Part shown: piece after piece, positions 17,040 through 27,650 of the stretch
How positions within the stretch are numbered: position 1 is the first letter of the stretch
Layout: the number at the start of each line of letters is the position of its first letter
Virus record (IMG/VR): IMGVR_UViG_3300022602_000001
From: a virus
Length of the DNA stretch: 64,000 nt
Strand: one strand, 5' to 3'
Made by a program: the position numbers and the translations under genes
Notes under the pieces: model-generated
Database searches by the model: none
What the model saw: only the letters and a program-made list of their open reading frames with translations
Told to the model about the DNA's origin: nothing

Positions 17040-18101
17040 CTACCAATCCAATTTTATTCTGATCAGTGCCTCTTTGGTGAAGTCCTTTACCAGTGGCACG
17101 GAGAGTTTTGCAACTGCCAGCAGATCGTTGTTGTCATTATACAGCCCAACCGTTGTTATAAAAGTTTGAGGATTGTTCACAAATATTGGATATGCCAGCC
17201 CTCCCTGAGACCCTGAAACAAAAGTTGGATTTGAGCTGTAATTGTACTGGGCGTTTGCTACTCTGACAAAGACGTAGTCAGAGGATATTGTCTCGTACGA
17301 ACTCAGCTGAAAATTTGCACTTTGGGATATTGAGTTGAACAGGTTTGTGTTGCTCACTGAGCTGTACGGAGTGCTTGGATTGTTTGTTTCGTCCACAGAC
17401 AGATTTATTCCTCCGTATGCGGACCCCAGAGCAAGAGCCGCTGGATTCAGTATTATTACGCCGATGTCAGGAAGGAACATGCCGTAGGATCCTGATGCAG
17501 TGTATCCTGCTGCAGTGGCTCCAATTGGAGTGTTTGTGCCGGTGTATCCGTTTGACCCTGACACCACGTCAAAGACTCTTCCGCAGTCCAAGTAGCTCAC
17601 CACGTTGGTCGAATTGCTGTTGTCCGTCAAGTTTATCTGCCCACCTGATCCTGACAGTTGAAGGTTGAAGGATCCAGGAAGCAGGCTCTCTTTGTACCTG
17701 TTCCTGTCCACGTTGATCGCGTAGATGTACCTGGAGTTTGTGTTCAATCCTCCAAAGTTGAATCCTTGGGATCCGGTTATGAATGGACCATAAATTAAAT
17801 TCAAGTACTGGTAGTAGGTCGTCATTGAGGGAGAAACTCCAGTCACGAGGGGGTTGTAGTATTGCGAGCCAGAGCCGTAAACGTGGCCGTAGGCTATCGA
17901 AAATTGCACGGCTGCACTTGAAGTTGTTGGATTGGTCTGATACACGTTTATGTAGAACGCGTCAGAGGTTATTGCGCTGGAAACTGTCGGAGAGCCGCTG
18001 TAGAAAGAATTCAATACTGGAGAATTTGTGCTCCAGGCTGGGGCCGTTATGGCGTCCGAAGAAACCACAAGATCTGTGCTGGCCAATGGCGTATAGGACA
18101 T
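17040..18101 (-). CDS. Virion structural protein (baseplate-associated)
   Basis: ITTVGLYNDNNDLLAVAKLS.P..K C-terminal motif. Confidence 0.7.
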   Translation of the reverse strand: MSYTPLASTDLVVSSDAITAPAWSTNSPVLNSFYSGSPTVSSAITSDAFYINVYQTNPTTSSAAVQFSIAYGHVYGSGSQYYNPLVTGVSPSMTTYYQYLNLIYGPFITGSQGFNFGGLNTNSRYIYAINVDRNRYKESLLPGSFNLQLSGSGGQINLTDNSNSTNVVSYLDCGRVFDVVSGSNGYTGTNTPIGATAAGYTASGSYGMFLPDIGVIILNPAALALGSAYGGINLSVDETNNPSTPYSSVSNTNLFNSISQSANFQLSSYETISSDYVFVRVANAQYNYSSNPTFVSGSQGGLAYPIFVNNPQTFITTVGLYNDNNDLLAVAKLSVPLVKDFTKEALIRIKLDW

Positions 18102-18108
18102 ATTTTTG

Positions 18109-18765
18109 TTATTTTATTTTGTTTATTTGAACAGGCACTGTGATCCTTGCACCAGAGTCTCTTCCAACCACAGTCAAAAGAGTGTACAGGGTTGTGTTGC
18201 TTCCAAAGAGGGTGTTTATCGTGGTTGCAGTCATGTTTAGAGTTGTGCCAATAACGGTCAAGCTCACGTTTGTTCCAAGCGTCTGAGTGGAGTTGCTTGA
18301 AGCAGCAGCTGGGGTGTTTATTCCAACTCCCGTGAAAGTGCTCATAGTCCTCACGTCCCCAATGGTGAACGTGTATCCGTCCGTCTCGTATGTTGATTGT
18401 GCTCCCAAGTAATTCAAGGTCTGTGGGGTTATTGACACGGATCCTCCCTGAGGAAGCGTGATGGTCGTGTACCCTATGTTAACAACTGGAAGCTGAGAGG
18501 TGCCTCTTGGAAGGGTGACCAACCTGTACTTCATTATTTCGTTGTCCTCTGGGAATGCCTGAAGAACTGGCATGTTCACTATTGCCTCTCCGTAGAATGC
18601 AGATCCAGACGGATGGTTTGGATTGTACAAAGTGTAGTCCACCTCGTCGTCGGAAAGAGAGAATTGGGTTATTTTAAAGGAGCCATCGTTTCTTGCCAAC
18701 AGCTCTCTGCCTTTTTTGGTCAGGATGGCGTCTATAACGACAGACGTATTGCTTAAATATGCCAT
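18109..18765 (-). CDS. Virion structural protein (tail-fibre N-terminal-like)
   Basis: LTKKGRELLA...ITQF.L.D motif. Confidence 0.7.
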   Translation of the reverse strand: MAYLSNTSVVIDAILTKKGRELLARNDGSFKITQFSLSDDEVDYTLYNPNHPSGSAFYGEAIVNMPVLQAFPEDNEIMKYRLVTLPRGTSQLPVVNIGYTTITLPQGGSVSITPQTLNYLGAQSTYETDGYTFTIGDVRTMSTFTGVGINTPAAASSNSTQTLGTNVSLTVIGTTLNMTATTINTLFGSNTTLYTLLTVVGRDSGARITVPVQINKIK

Positions 18766-18788
18766 AATTTTAGTGTATTTTTCTTTTT

Positions 18789-18796
18789 ATAAATAT
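18789..18796 (-). promoter_or_regulatory. ATATTTAT putative late promoter
   Basis: Upstream of start 18765. Confidence 0.55.
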
Positions 18797-18797
18797 G

Positions 18798-21700
18798 TTA
18801 ATGAGCCGAATTTACCTGTATTGACAGTAATTGATTTTGCACCTGAGACTGTATTGTATTTATGTTTGCAAGAACGCTTGGATTTATGTTGCTGGGAATC
18901 AAAAATCCGTAGGAGGTCTGTCCCGGCTTTTTTGTGAACGTAAGCTGTATGTTCTGCTCGTCGTTGTACCTCTTGAGCAGCAGAAATTGAATAACAGACG
19001 ATGGATTGCTCACCCAATTGCTCAAAAGAGTGGGCACTACAAATATGTTTGCCCTTTGGCTTGCATCCATAGAATAGCTCAGAACATCATAAGTTTGAGT
19101 TATTGCTCCGTCCGAAAGAACTATCTTGTCTCCCAAAGCCGGCTGAAAGTTGTACTGTGTGCTGTCGTACTGAGAGTACAGGCTGCTAGAGTAGGTTCCA
19201 GATCCAGAGGTGAAGTAGGGAACAAATTGGTATCCAAGATAGTTGGAGAGCGCTGAGCTGAGCACCACAGACCCGGTGGAAGTTCCTCCAGTGAGAGTGT
19301 GTATGAAATTTCCGTCGCCGGGGGAAACTGCACTCGAGGTTGCATATGGGTATCCTCCTGCTCCTGCAACTACTGAGTTCAATGCAAGAGAGCTGGGGCC
19401 CTCTCCAACGCTCAGGCTGGCTGTGTAGTTTGCTGTTGACATGCTGGACTGAATCAGTCGGAATGACACTTTGTCGCTTGTTGTCATGGACACCGTGGGG
19501 GTTGTATAATTTATATTGAACGTTTTGCTGTAAACTGATGAAGCAGGCATTGACGAATTACGAACAATATTAGTCAATACCGTGGGATATCCTCCTCCTA
19601 CTTGAGTTATGTATCCACTCAAACTGCTTGGAACGCTGCTGGCCAAATAGCCACCTCCGCCTGCCCACATATAAACGGAAATTATCAGAGTGTCTGAAGA
19701 ACTTCCTATGTTTGAGATTGTTGATGTCCCATTGTAATAATTAAAAGGGCCAATTAGTGTGTACGCCGCGTGATACCTCTCATCAACAACAGAAGTTCCT
19801 GTGGTTGTAGATCCTGTGAATGAAGACAGAATTGAGCTTGGAGCAGTGTAGCTTGAGGTGAAAACCATTTCCTGAGGATTACTTCCAGGCAGCAGTGCTC
19901 CGTCCAAATACACCTGATACAGAAAGGATCCACTGTCCACGGTGTTTCCCGCCTTTGTTATTGGATCCTGGAATTGTAAGGTCAGATCAAATTTTGTCGT
20001 AAAACTGTAATTTCCTGCTATTTGTGCAGAGTAAGTGGGAAATGTATTAGGTGATGTATTTCCAGGAGTGTATCCAGTTGAAGGATTCGCTTTTTCAAAT
20101 ATGTTGTATATGTTACCAGTTCTTGTGCTTGAATTTGTCAAAACAACAGGATAGTAAGGAGATGGAGATCCACTTATGTAGCCGTTGGATCCTGGTGTGT
20201 CAGAAGTTGACGGGTTCCAAGCTATAAAATTTGAAACGATGGAATTTCCAGTGTAGCTGAAGTACAAAGAGGTGTCAACTCCAGAAACAAAGTACAGCTG
20301 GGGAGAGTACGAGTATCCGCTGTTGTATATGGACTTAATCCCGTCCGTGCTCTTTTGGTTTCCATACTTTTTGTTGTCGAACTGTTTTATTGTCAGAACG
20401 TCCCCTGCAACAAATGTGTTTTGCAAGTCTATCCAATTGTTGTTGTTCTGGTTAAGTTCCTGTAGTCCCCCAGAGACGTCCACCAAATAGGCCAGTGTTG
20501 CATTTATCTCTCCCGGTATGTATGAGCTGGTCTCAACCTGAGTGAAAAGGGCAAGCTTGTTAACGTAATAGTTTATCATTGGATAGTTTCCAAAGGTCAC
20601 GTCACCTGAATAGTTTGAGCTTGCAGTTGTGTACACGTTGTACTTTGCGCCTCTTGAGTAGGATCCGCTGTACCTTGGAATTACGCTCCTTCTCAGGTAG
20701 TAGTTGTAGTCCTGAACATAGGCGTACTGGCTGTTTACGTTGTTTTGGTACGTCGATCCAAGCGCAATGGACTGGGTTATCAGGTTGTAGTTTGTTGCTT
20801 TATTTTTTAGTGCACTTCCGTAGTCAAGATGAAAGAACAGCTTAGACCTTAGAGAGCTTGAGACGTTTTGGTACAGAGCCAACAGGTTTATGCTTTGGCT
20901 TGGAACATAGTTGACCAAGCTGAACTGTTTTGGCTGATAGGAAACCTCTGCCTGCCTCTTGTTTCTGTTGGTTGCATAGAACTCAGAGCCTCCCAGCTCC
21001 CCTGTGAACTTTTCGAACCCGACGCTGTGGGACACAGGGACAATTCCCAGCTTTGTGTACTCGCTCTTTACGTACGTAGTGGAGCGGTTAAGCTGAAGAG
21101 GGTCTGATCCAGTTATTGAGCTTCCGCTCACGTCTATGGACAGAGGAGTCTGTACCGCTAACGGCTCGTGCCTTGCGTATTTGCTCCTCTCCAGAATGTG
21201 AGGCTTTACAATAATTCCAGTAGAAACGTCTGCTCTGGCTGGGACGAAGTCCTTTACCATCTTGAACAGAGAATTGTTGTAAAATTTTATCATTCTAATG
21301 TACTCCCAAACGCTGTGTTGGTAGGATGCGCTTGCAAAAACAGAATTTTTTAGAGCATCTAGGCTGCTGTAAGAGGACGAGTACTGATCGTTGGGGTTTC
21401 CAACCAGTTGGTCTATGTTGAAGTACCCAAGAGATCCAGTGATGTAGGCATTTATGGTGTTTGCTGGAGAGAATCCCACTTCAATTTTTGGAATTGATGG
21501 TCTCCTGTTGGTTTGATTGTACTGGGCCGTAACGTAAGGAGACAGCACTGACGAAGATATCAAAAGGCTGCTTGAAACTATGTATGCTCTTTGGTTGTTT
21601 ATTTCCAAAAGTCCGTCCTGCACTGTTGAATCGTACCCTCCAAATTCGTTTACGTTCAGTATGCTGTCTGGAATTCCATAGCATGCTATCAGAGCCTTTA

Positions 21701-23375
21701 TTCCTCTGCTGGTTCCCTTTGTTTTCAGAAGGTAGGGAAGGTTGTGGTACAGCCTCTTGTATATCTCGTTCTGTATTGTATTTGCGGAGATGGTTGCAAT
21801 GCTCGAAGTGACGTAGTTTGTTATTCTTTCCGATCCAGTGGGAGGCAAAAGGCTTCCGTCAGCATTTATACCAAACAATGAATAGTAAAGATTGTCCGAA
21901 ATGTTTGAGTTTGTGTACAGTTCAATTCCAAATCCTTTCAACGCGTCCCCCACCAGGTCCATTGAAATACCAGTCTGTGGATTGTTTGTATTGTTGTACC
22001 TGTTGGTAACGTCCTTGTAGTATATCCAAATGTTGTCAAAGTGCTGCCCAATCATGTAAACAAAAGTCTCGTAGGGCGCATTGCTAGAATCGTCCAGTAT
22101 GTACTGGGGAATTACATTGACAAGCATGTCCTTGTTGGTCAGGTCGTAGTACGACGCAGAGTACAGCATAGAAACTCCTGCAGAGGAAGGAAGTACGTTT
22201 GCGCTCCCAAGCCAATTTATAGCAGCAGAGGAGGTCACAGAGGCCAAAGAATACGGCTGGGTTGAGTTTATTTTGGGCCATGCAAACGAGGCAGACGTGT
22301 AGTACAGATAGTACTCGTACGTGTCAAAGTTTGTTGTTATGTTGCTTATGGATTGATTCAAAAAGCCTATTGATGAGGAAGCAACCGCATTTCCTCCAAT
22401 GACGGACTTTTGAGCCTGTATTTGAGCATTGTACGACTCTATGAGCCCAAGCTTGTAGACAAAATTATTGAGCCTTTCAACAGCACTTGAAAAGTGAACA
22501 AAATTTGAAAAATCTGAATAGTCAACATTTATGTTCAATGATTTGTCCTGGTAGTAGCTCATCAATTTATTGAATGAGGAAGTAACAGGGCTGGCTATTA
22601 GATTGTTGTAATTGTAATAAGGAGTAGTAATGCCAAGCTTTTGATTTACGTTGATCTTAAAGTTGGGGCCCCTCAAAGAATTATTGTTGACAGTTTGCTC
22701 CGCTTCCACCTGTATGTCAACTTGGTAGCTTACAGACTCCGCCACTCTGTCAACCAACCACAGGGTAGATTTTACGTCAAAATCTTCTGGGAGAGGTTCG
22801 TACAATTTTATGAGCAGGTACGAGCCGTTTGAGTCTGTTGAATAGGCAACATTTACTGCAATTATTAGTTGATTGTTCCCAAAATTTAAGTAAAAGTCAG
22901 CAAAGTAGTTTTTTGTTGATGCGTAAGTCTGGTAAGAGTTGAACCCGGCAAGTATGCTGTTGTTGCTTATGGTTTGAGAAGAAAGCACTAATTCAGTTCT
23001 TGAAGTGGATATTTTTTTTATCCAATAGAAATTTCCATAAGAAGAATTGAACAGATTTCTTAAAAAATTGTACTGAACTACGGTGGTGCCTCTGTCAAAT
23101 CCCAGCCCTGTAACGTAGGATTGTGGATCAAGATTGATGCTTCCGTACGTGCCATTTGTCGTGTTTGCCTGAGACGGAAGAGTGTATTTTGTAAAATTGT
23201 AGTTGCTGTTGAGCAGATTGCTGCTGTTGTCGTACACAAAGGCCTCAATGTAGTCGTCGCTGTTGCTTAAAAAACTAGTGTTTATGTAGTTGTTTGCTAT
23301 CAGAGACAGGTCTGTGCTGCTGTACTGCTGAGACTCTATGCCAGTTCCGTTGTATGTTACATTGACTAATTCCAT
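18798..23375 (-). CDS. Large baseplate wedge-like structural protein
   Basis: 1525 aa; LLKTKGT..GI..LI..YG motif resembles tail P2 I / gp7-type wedge proteins. Confidence 0.65.
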   Translation of the reverse strand: MELVNVTYNGTGIESQQYSSTDLSLIANNYINTSFLSNSDDYIEAFVYDNSSNLLNSNYNFTKYTLPSQANTTNGTYGSINLDPQSYVTGLGFDRGTTVVQYNFLRNLFNSSYGNFYWIKKISTSRTELVLSSQTISNNSILAGFNSYQTYASTKNYFADFYLNFGNNQLIIAVNVAYSTDSNGSYLLIKLYEPLPEDFDVKSTLWLVDRVAESVSYQVDIQVEAEQTVNNNSLRGPNFKINVNQKLGITTPYYNYNNLIASPVTSSFNKLMSYYQDKSLNINVDYSDFSNFVHFSSAVERLNNFVYKLGLIESYNAQIQAQKSVIGGNAVASSSIGFLNQSISNITTNFDTYEYYLYYTSASFAWPKINSTQPYSLASVTSSAAINWLGSANVLPSSAGVSMLYSASYYDLTNKDMLVNVIPQYILDDSSNAPYETFVYMIGQHFDNIWIYYKDVTNRYNNTNNPQTGISMDLVGDALKGFGIELYTNSNISDNLYYSLFGINADGSLLPPTGSERITNYVTSSIATISANTIQNEIYKRLYHNLPYLLKTKGTSRGIKALIACYGIPDSILNVNEFGGYDSTVQDGLLEINNQRAYIVSSSLLISSSVLSPYVTAQYNQTNRRPSIPKIEVGFSPANTINAYITGSLGYFNIDQLVGNPNDQYSSSYSSLDALKNSVFASASYQHSVWEYIRMIKFYNNSLFKMVKDFVPARADVSTGIIVKPHILERSKYARHEPLAVQTPLSIDVSGSSITGSDPLQLNRSTTYVKSEYTKLGIVPVSHSVGFEKFTGELGGSEFYATNRNKRQAEVSYQPKQFSLVNYVPSQSINLLALYQNVSSSLRSKLFFHLDYGSALKNKATNYNLITQSIALGSTYQNNVNSQYAYVQDYNYYLRRSVIPRYSGSYSRGAKYNVYTTASSNYSGDVTFGNYPMINYYVNKLALFTQVETSSYIPGEINATLAYLVDVSGGLQELNQNNNNWIDLQNTFVAGDVLTIKQFDNKKYGNQKSTDGIKSIYNSGYSYSPQLYFVSGVDTSLYFSYTGNSIVSNFIAWNPSTSDTPGSNGYISGSPSPYYPVVLTNSSTRTGNIYNIFEKANPSTGYTPGNTSPNTFPTYSAQIAGNYSFTTKFDLTLQFQDPITKAGNTVDSGSFLYQVYLDGALLPGSNPQEMVFTSSYTAPSSILSSFTGSTTTGTSVVDERYHAAYTLIGPFNYYNGTSTISNIGSSSDTLIISVYMWAGGGGYLASSVPSSLSGYITQVGGGYPTVLTNIVRNSSMPASSVYSKTFNINYTTPTVSMTTSDKVSFRLIQSSMSTANYTASLSVGEGPSSLALNSVVAGAGGYPYATSSAVSPGDGNFIHTLTGGTSTGSVVLSSALSNYLGYQFVPYFTSGSGTYSSSLYSQYDSTQYNFQPALGDKIVLSDGAITQTYDVLSYSMDASQRANIFVVPTLLSNWVSNPSSVIQFLLLKRYNDEQNIQLTFTKKPGQTSYGFLIPSNINPSVLANINTIQSQVQNQLLSIQVNSAH

Positions 23376-23719
23376 TACGCTGTTATATTGCTTATGTTCA
23401 AGTAAGTTTGACTCAGATCGACCAACTGCTGTCTCAAGCTGTTTATTTCGTTAATAAGAGCCTGCTCTTGTTGAGTCACTGTTGTTCCTCCGATGTACTG
23501 CGAACTTCTCTCAACGAGCTCCGCGTGGGAGTTTGTTGATCCGCTCACAGGTATGTCGTAGAACAGTTGGTCGTAGTAATCAAAAAACTGTGGTATTGTT
23601 ATAGTGGAACTTGGTATTGTCGGAGCGGGAGTCACTAATTCAGAAAAACTAGTGTCCACAACCTTGTTGTAGGTATTCACTCCGTACACCTGTTTAACTA
23701 AATTTACTGTCTCAGACAT
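23375..23719 (-). CDS. Conserved structural-operon protein
   Basis: Stop/start overlaps on both sides; C-terminal coiled coil. Confidence 0.75.
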   Translation of the reverse strand: MSETVNLVKQVYGVNTYNKVVDTSFSELVTPAPTIPSSTITIPQFFDYYDQLFYDIPVSGSTNSHAELVERSSQYIGGTTVTQQEQALINEINSLRQQLVDLSQTYLNISNITA

Positions 23720-24813
23720 TATCTAACAATTTTAAAAATTAAGTTGCTGTCTATGTTCAAAGTTTCTCCTGTAGCAGGAATGACCGTCTGCACTAGAAGC
23801 TTGTAGTACCTCTCAGGCTCGAGCCCCTTCATGTACAGGTTGAAGTAGTTGTAGGTGCCATCAGAGCTTATTTTTGTGAAGCTTGTGTCGAAGTCCACAA
23901 CCATTTCTTCCGTCTTGTAGTCCTGAACTGCCCAGTAGGAGCTTGACGGGAGCAGGAGAGTATTCAGGTACACTGAGGAGGTTGAAAACTGCCTAACTGG
24001 AAATGTGGGCCGGGTTGCAAGTTTGACTCTGTACATTTGATCTCCGTACTTGAACTCATTTTTGTTGTTTGTGAAGCTCACAACAAAGTCGTTGGAGGTC
24101 ACAATAGACCCAGTGACGTAGCTGCTGTCGTCCCACTTAATTTCTAGAGTGGGAGGATATATTGTATGGGTGTCCGTGCTGAAAAACTTTGTTCTTATGT
24201 ACGATCCTGAGTTGTTTTCAATGGAAGTTGGAAACTTCACAATTATTCCGTAGTTTGGAACAGACCCCGTAAACCAAGAAGAGACTATCTGAGTCACATT
24301 TGCATTAACATCCTTGTTGTCTGAATAAGAAAAGCTCTGAGTTGTATACAAAGACGTCCAAGAGCCTCCTCCTGGAACAGTGTAGTAGCTTGAACTGATC
24401 CAAGAGGTTGATGATCCAGTAACATACGCGTTGGGAGAGTTCCAACAAACTCCATTTATTGTGTCTGGGTAGTCTATGAATTGTCCAGTTCCCATGTCCC
24501 ATGAGTGGCTGACCTGTCTAAATTCAAGGGAGTACGTGGTTGACAAATTTTCTGCCTCAGCAAGGTAGAGTCTCAAATTTGCCTGGAACAAAGATCCTGT
24601 TGTTAGAGACTTTACTGTGGCAAGATCTGAGTCTGAGAACTTGACAATTGCCCTTCTTAAGTCCTCGTTTGTGCTTACCAAGTACGTTCCATTGGTGGTT
24701 GCAGAGTAGTTCTCAACTCCCACCTCTAGTATTGGATCCAATCCAGTGTTTTTTCCAACGTCGTAAGAGTACATCGACGCATCAGCGCTGGAAAATATTT
24801 TGTAAACTGCCAT
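23719..24813 (-). CDS. DNRLRE-like beta-sandwich structural protein
   Basis: DA..Y....NTG, R..VKF, ANLRL, W..G.G, V..W, NYG, F.S.D....P.L. Confidence 0.6.
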   Translation of the reverse strand: MAVYKIFSSADASMYSYDVGKNTGLDPILEVGVENYSATTNGTYLVSTNEDLRRAIVKFSDSDLATVKSLTTGSLFQANLRLYLAEAENLSTTYSLEFRQVSHSWDMGTGQFIDYPDTINGVCWNSPNAYVTGSSTSWISSSYYTVPGGGSWTSLYTTQSFSYSDNKDVNANVTQIVSSWFTGSVPNYGIIVKFPTSIENNSGSYIRTKFFSTDTHTIYPPTLEIKWDDSSYVTGSIVTSNDFVVSFTNNKNEFKYGDQMYRVKLATRPTFPVRQFSTSSVYLNTLLLPSSSYWAVQDYKTEEMVVDFDTSFTKISSDGTYNYFNLYMKGLEPERYYKLLVQTVIPATGETLNIDSNLIFKIVR

Positions 24814-24826
24814 CTTAAATTATTTT

Positions 24827-26689
24827 TTAAAAGGTTACCACTCTTCCAGAAATGTCTGTGTTTGGATACAAAACTTCAAATATGCAAGGATCAAGCGATG
24901 GATAAATGACGTTGTTCACAGTGGCTCCGCTAATGTCGTATGCATATTGCGAGTAAGTCGCTCCTGTAGAATCCACCAGGTTTGTTATAGTTACGTTCTT
25001 AACGGTCTGCACTCCTTTTATCTGATCAAGCATTGAATATATGTTGGTCAATATTATTGGCTGGTTTATTTGCCAGTTGTCTATATTGAAAAAGTCTTGA
25101 AGTGCGGTTATGCACCTTGATATTACGTCCTGCCCATTGTAGTTTGGAAGTATGACAACATCAAAAGTAACCCCTATGTTGACTATGAATGCTTGCTCTA
25201 TTCTCACAGAGTCAGTCAACATTCTGTAGTCTTGTATGTAGGTTTGAACGTTTTGCAGAAGAGCAGGAGTTGGCACGGCCAAGTTTCCAGCCGTATCAAG
25301 TCCTAGTACGTATAGGGTTATCAAAAGAGGATTCTGCAGGGCAGGGTCTCCGTTGACGTAGTTTGAAAACACCTGATCGTTCTTTGTAACGTATGCCTTG
25401 GAAACTTTTCCATAGATTGGAGGCATGCAGAGTACCCTTGCAAGGTAGTCCTGCTGAGTTACGGCCCTCCACTGAGTTGGAAATTCGGCCAGCGTGTTCA
25501 TTCTCAATTCATCTGCAGTGTCGGCGTCTCCTCCTCCTATTGACGAGCTTGGATTGTTTGTAACAAGAGTGGAAGCATTTCCGTTCTGGCTCGTATAGTT
25601 GACAGATATTATTTTTGTTAGCTCTCCTATTGAGGCATTTGATGACGCTCCGCCTCCTGCTAGATAGTTGAATGTTATTGTTGTGTTTGTTGGAGACAGT
25701 CCATAGGTCTGAGTAGTCACAAAGTCAGTAGGATCCCAAGAACTTGATAGATAGCTAAGGCCACCTCCGGTGAATCCAACGCTTACATTGTTTGGATTTG
25801 GTAGTATTGCTGTGTCTGCAACTGAGTTTATTCCGGGGCCAAACTCTATATTTAGAGTGTTGTCTGAAGAGAACCTAGAAACAAACCTTCTGGGCACCTG
25901 CATCTTTTGCATTATGTAGGGAACCTGATTCTGGTATTGGTTGAATGCAGGAAAGTTTGCAGCGGTGTTTGCAACTGGGGTGAGTATGTAGTCCTGGGCA
26001 AGATAAGGAACTTCGTACCAATTGTTTCCATTGGAGTCTACTGCGCTTATGATTGATATTATGCTAGCATCCTTTATTGACACTGTTTGGAACCTTTGAA
26101 GGGAACCAAAAGAAAAACTTTGATTTTTTACTTGGCCTGATATTGCTTTGGTTGATTTTTTTAACAAGTAAGAAGATGGCACACCGCCCCCGTTGAGTTG
26201 GTACACTGACACTGAGGTGGGGTCCTCAGAAGAAGATACTGTAAAATCAACAACGTTTCCAACGTAATAGTAGGTGCTGTTGTTTATATTGGACTGTATT
26301 TGCATCCCTGATTGTACCGTCAAGGCGTAAGTAAAATCCGGATTTGGCACTCCTCCTATTGTTATTGCTGGCACTTGTTGGTACACATCAAGATTAACAA
26401 TGGCAGCAGAGGTTATCTTTGGCCTGTAACCAAGCATGTAGGCAAGGGTGTACAGATTATTGGGCTGCTTTGCATACTGAAGGAAAGTCTCCTGTATTTG
26501 GTTGTCAAGGTAGAAGGAAAGAACGTCTCCAACGTAGGCAGCCATCTCTATGAACATGCTTCCAGGAGACGCTTGGCTGAAGTCGTTGTAAACCGTTGGG
26601 TAGTACGACTTTGCGTAGTTTATTAGGTCTCCCTTGAAGGAGGTAAAATTTTTGTTTAGGTAGTCTATGTTTGCTTGCTGGTTGGGCAT
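24827..26689 (-). CDS. Baseplate wedge subunit, T4 gp6-like
   Basis: DF...SPG...IE..AYVGD.LSFY.D; A..LGY.P; GG.D; RAVT..DY. Confidence 0.85.
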   Translation of the reverse strand: MPNQQANIDYLNKNFTSFKGDLINYAKSYYPTVYNDFSQASPGSMFIEMAAYVGDVLSFYLDNQIQETFLQYAKQPNNLYTLAYMLGYRPKITSAAIVNLDVYQQVPAITIGGVPNPDFTYALTVQSGMQIQSNINNSTYYYVGNVVDFTVSSSEDPTSVSVYQLNGGGVPSSYLLKKSTKAISGQVKNQSFSFGSLQRFQTVSIKDASIISIISAVDSNGNNWYEVPYLAQDYILTPVANTAANFPAFNQYQNQVPYIMQKMQVPRRFVSRFSSDNTLNIEFGPGINSVADTAILPNPNNVSVGFTGGGLSYLSSSWDPTDFVTTQTYGLSPTNTTITFNYLAGGGASSNASIGELTKIISVNYTSQNGNASTLVTNNPSSSIGGGDADTADELRMNTLAEFPTQWRAVTQQDYLARVLCMPPIYGKVSKAYVTKNDQVFSNYVNGDPALQNPLLITLYVLGLDTAGNLAVPTPALLQNVQTYIQDYRMLTDSVRIEQAFIVNIGVTFDVVILPNYNGQDVISRCITALQDFFNIDNWQINQPIILTNIYSMLDQIKGVQTVKNVTITNLVDSTGATYSQYAYDISGATVNNVIYPSLDPCIFEVLYPNTDISGRVVTF

Positions 26690-26690
26690 T

Positions 26691-27104
26691 TTACTGATTT
26701 TGTATGTTTATGACAGCAGTGTCCAATTGGTTGCTGCTATTAAGCACATAACTGACCGTTATTGTCACAGAGTTTGTGTCTGGATCTGACACAAAAGAAA
26801 GCTCTGTAACGGTTATGTTTCTAAAGTATGCCTCCAATTTGTTGCTCAATGAAAGCTTCAGTTCTGACAAATTGCCGCTTGTTATTGGATCAAATAGTGC
26901 CCTTCTGAGCCCCGCTCCAAAGTTTAAATTGAAAGGCCTCTCGTTGACGTCCGTCAGCAAAAAATTTATTATGTTGTACTTAGTCTGTTCTTTTGACGTG
27001 TATACGGGGGTGAATGCATTTGGGGCAGAAAAAGGTATTTTAACCCCAAGAGAAGTTGAGGGTTTGAAGTCTGTTGCCTGTATTTTTCCAAGTCCGTATG
27101 CCAT
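26691..27104 (-). CDS. Baseplate wedge subunit, T4 gp25-like
   Basis: I.N.LLT...ER.F...FG.GL...LF. Confidence 0.85.
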   Translation of the reverse strand: MAYGLGKIQATDFKPSTSLGVKIPFSAPNAFTPVYTSKEQTKYNIINFLLTDVNERPFNLNFGAGLRRALFDPITSGNLSELKLSLSNKLEAYFRNITVTELSFVSDPDTNSVTITVSYVLNSSNQLDTAVINIQNQ

Positions 27105-27105
27105 T

Positions 27106-27618
27106 CTATATCACTCCTTTAGATCTTAATTTTCCCATTAATTCAGTAAAATCAGGAACTGTGTTGACCTGAACCATCTCAATAGCAGAACTTGGCCTAG
27201 AGCTGGCAAGCATGTCGTCAACATTGCCCACAGGAGCGTCAATGTTTTGCATAAAGCTCATGGGGTCTGCGCCGTCTACCCCACTGGAAAATGCCACAAC
27301 GTCCTGATCTGCCATAGAATTTGCGGTTTCGCTGAGAAGTCGGCTTATTGGATCATTTTTTAAGATTGGACTTTGAGACTGCTGAAACTGCTTGGCTGGA
27401 ATATATGGCTTTGTGTTCAGAGTTCCTGGTATTATGGGCCTTTTTGGCATAACAGCCTCTTGAATCTGTCCCTTTGCTTCCTTTTTTTCAAGGAGTATCC
27501 CTTGTTTTCTGACAGCTTCAGCTATCAAAGCAGGCATTTCCTCCCTGATAACTTCTCGAATTTCTTCTTTTATCAGTGTTCTGAATCTGTCCAGTGCGCT
27601 ATGTTTTTTTAATGCCAT
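27106..27618 (-). CDS. Hypothetical late protein
   Basis: LIKEEIREVIREE N-terminal helix; ATATTTAT upstream. Confidence 0.75.
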   Translation of the reverse strand: MALKKHSALDRFRTLIKEEIREVIREEMPALIAEAVRKQGILLEKKEAKGQIQEAVMPKRPIIPGTLNTKPYIPAKQFQQSQSPILKNDPISRLLSETANSMADQDVVAFSSGVDGADPMSFMQNIDAPVGNVDDMLASSRPSSAIEMVQVNTVPDFTELMGKLRSKGVI

Positions 27619-27625
27619 ACTGTAT

Positions 27626-27633
27626 ATAAATAT
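27626..27633 (-). promoter_or_regulatory. ATATTTAT putative late promoter
   Basis: Upstream of start 27618. Confidence 0.55.
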
Positions 27634-27650
27634 TGATTTATTAAAAATTA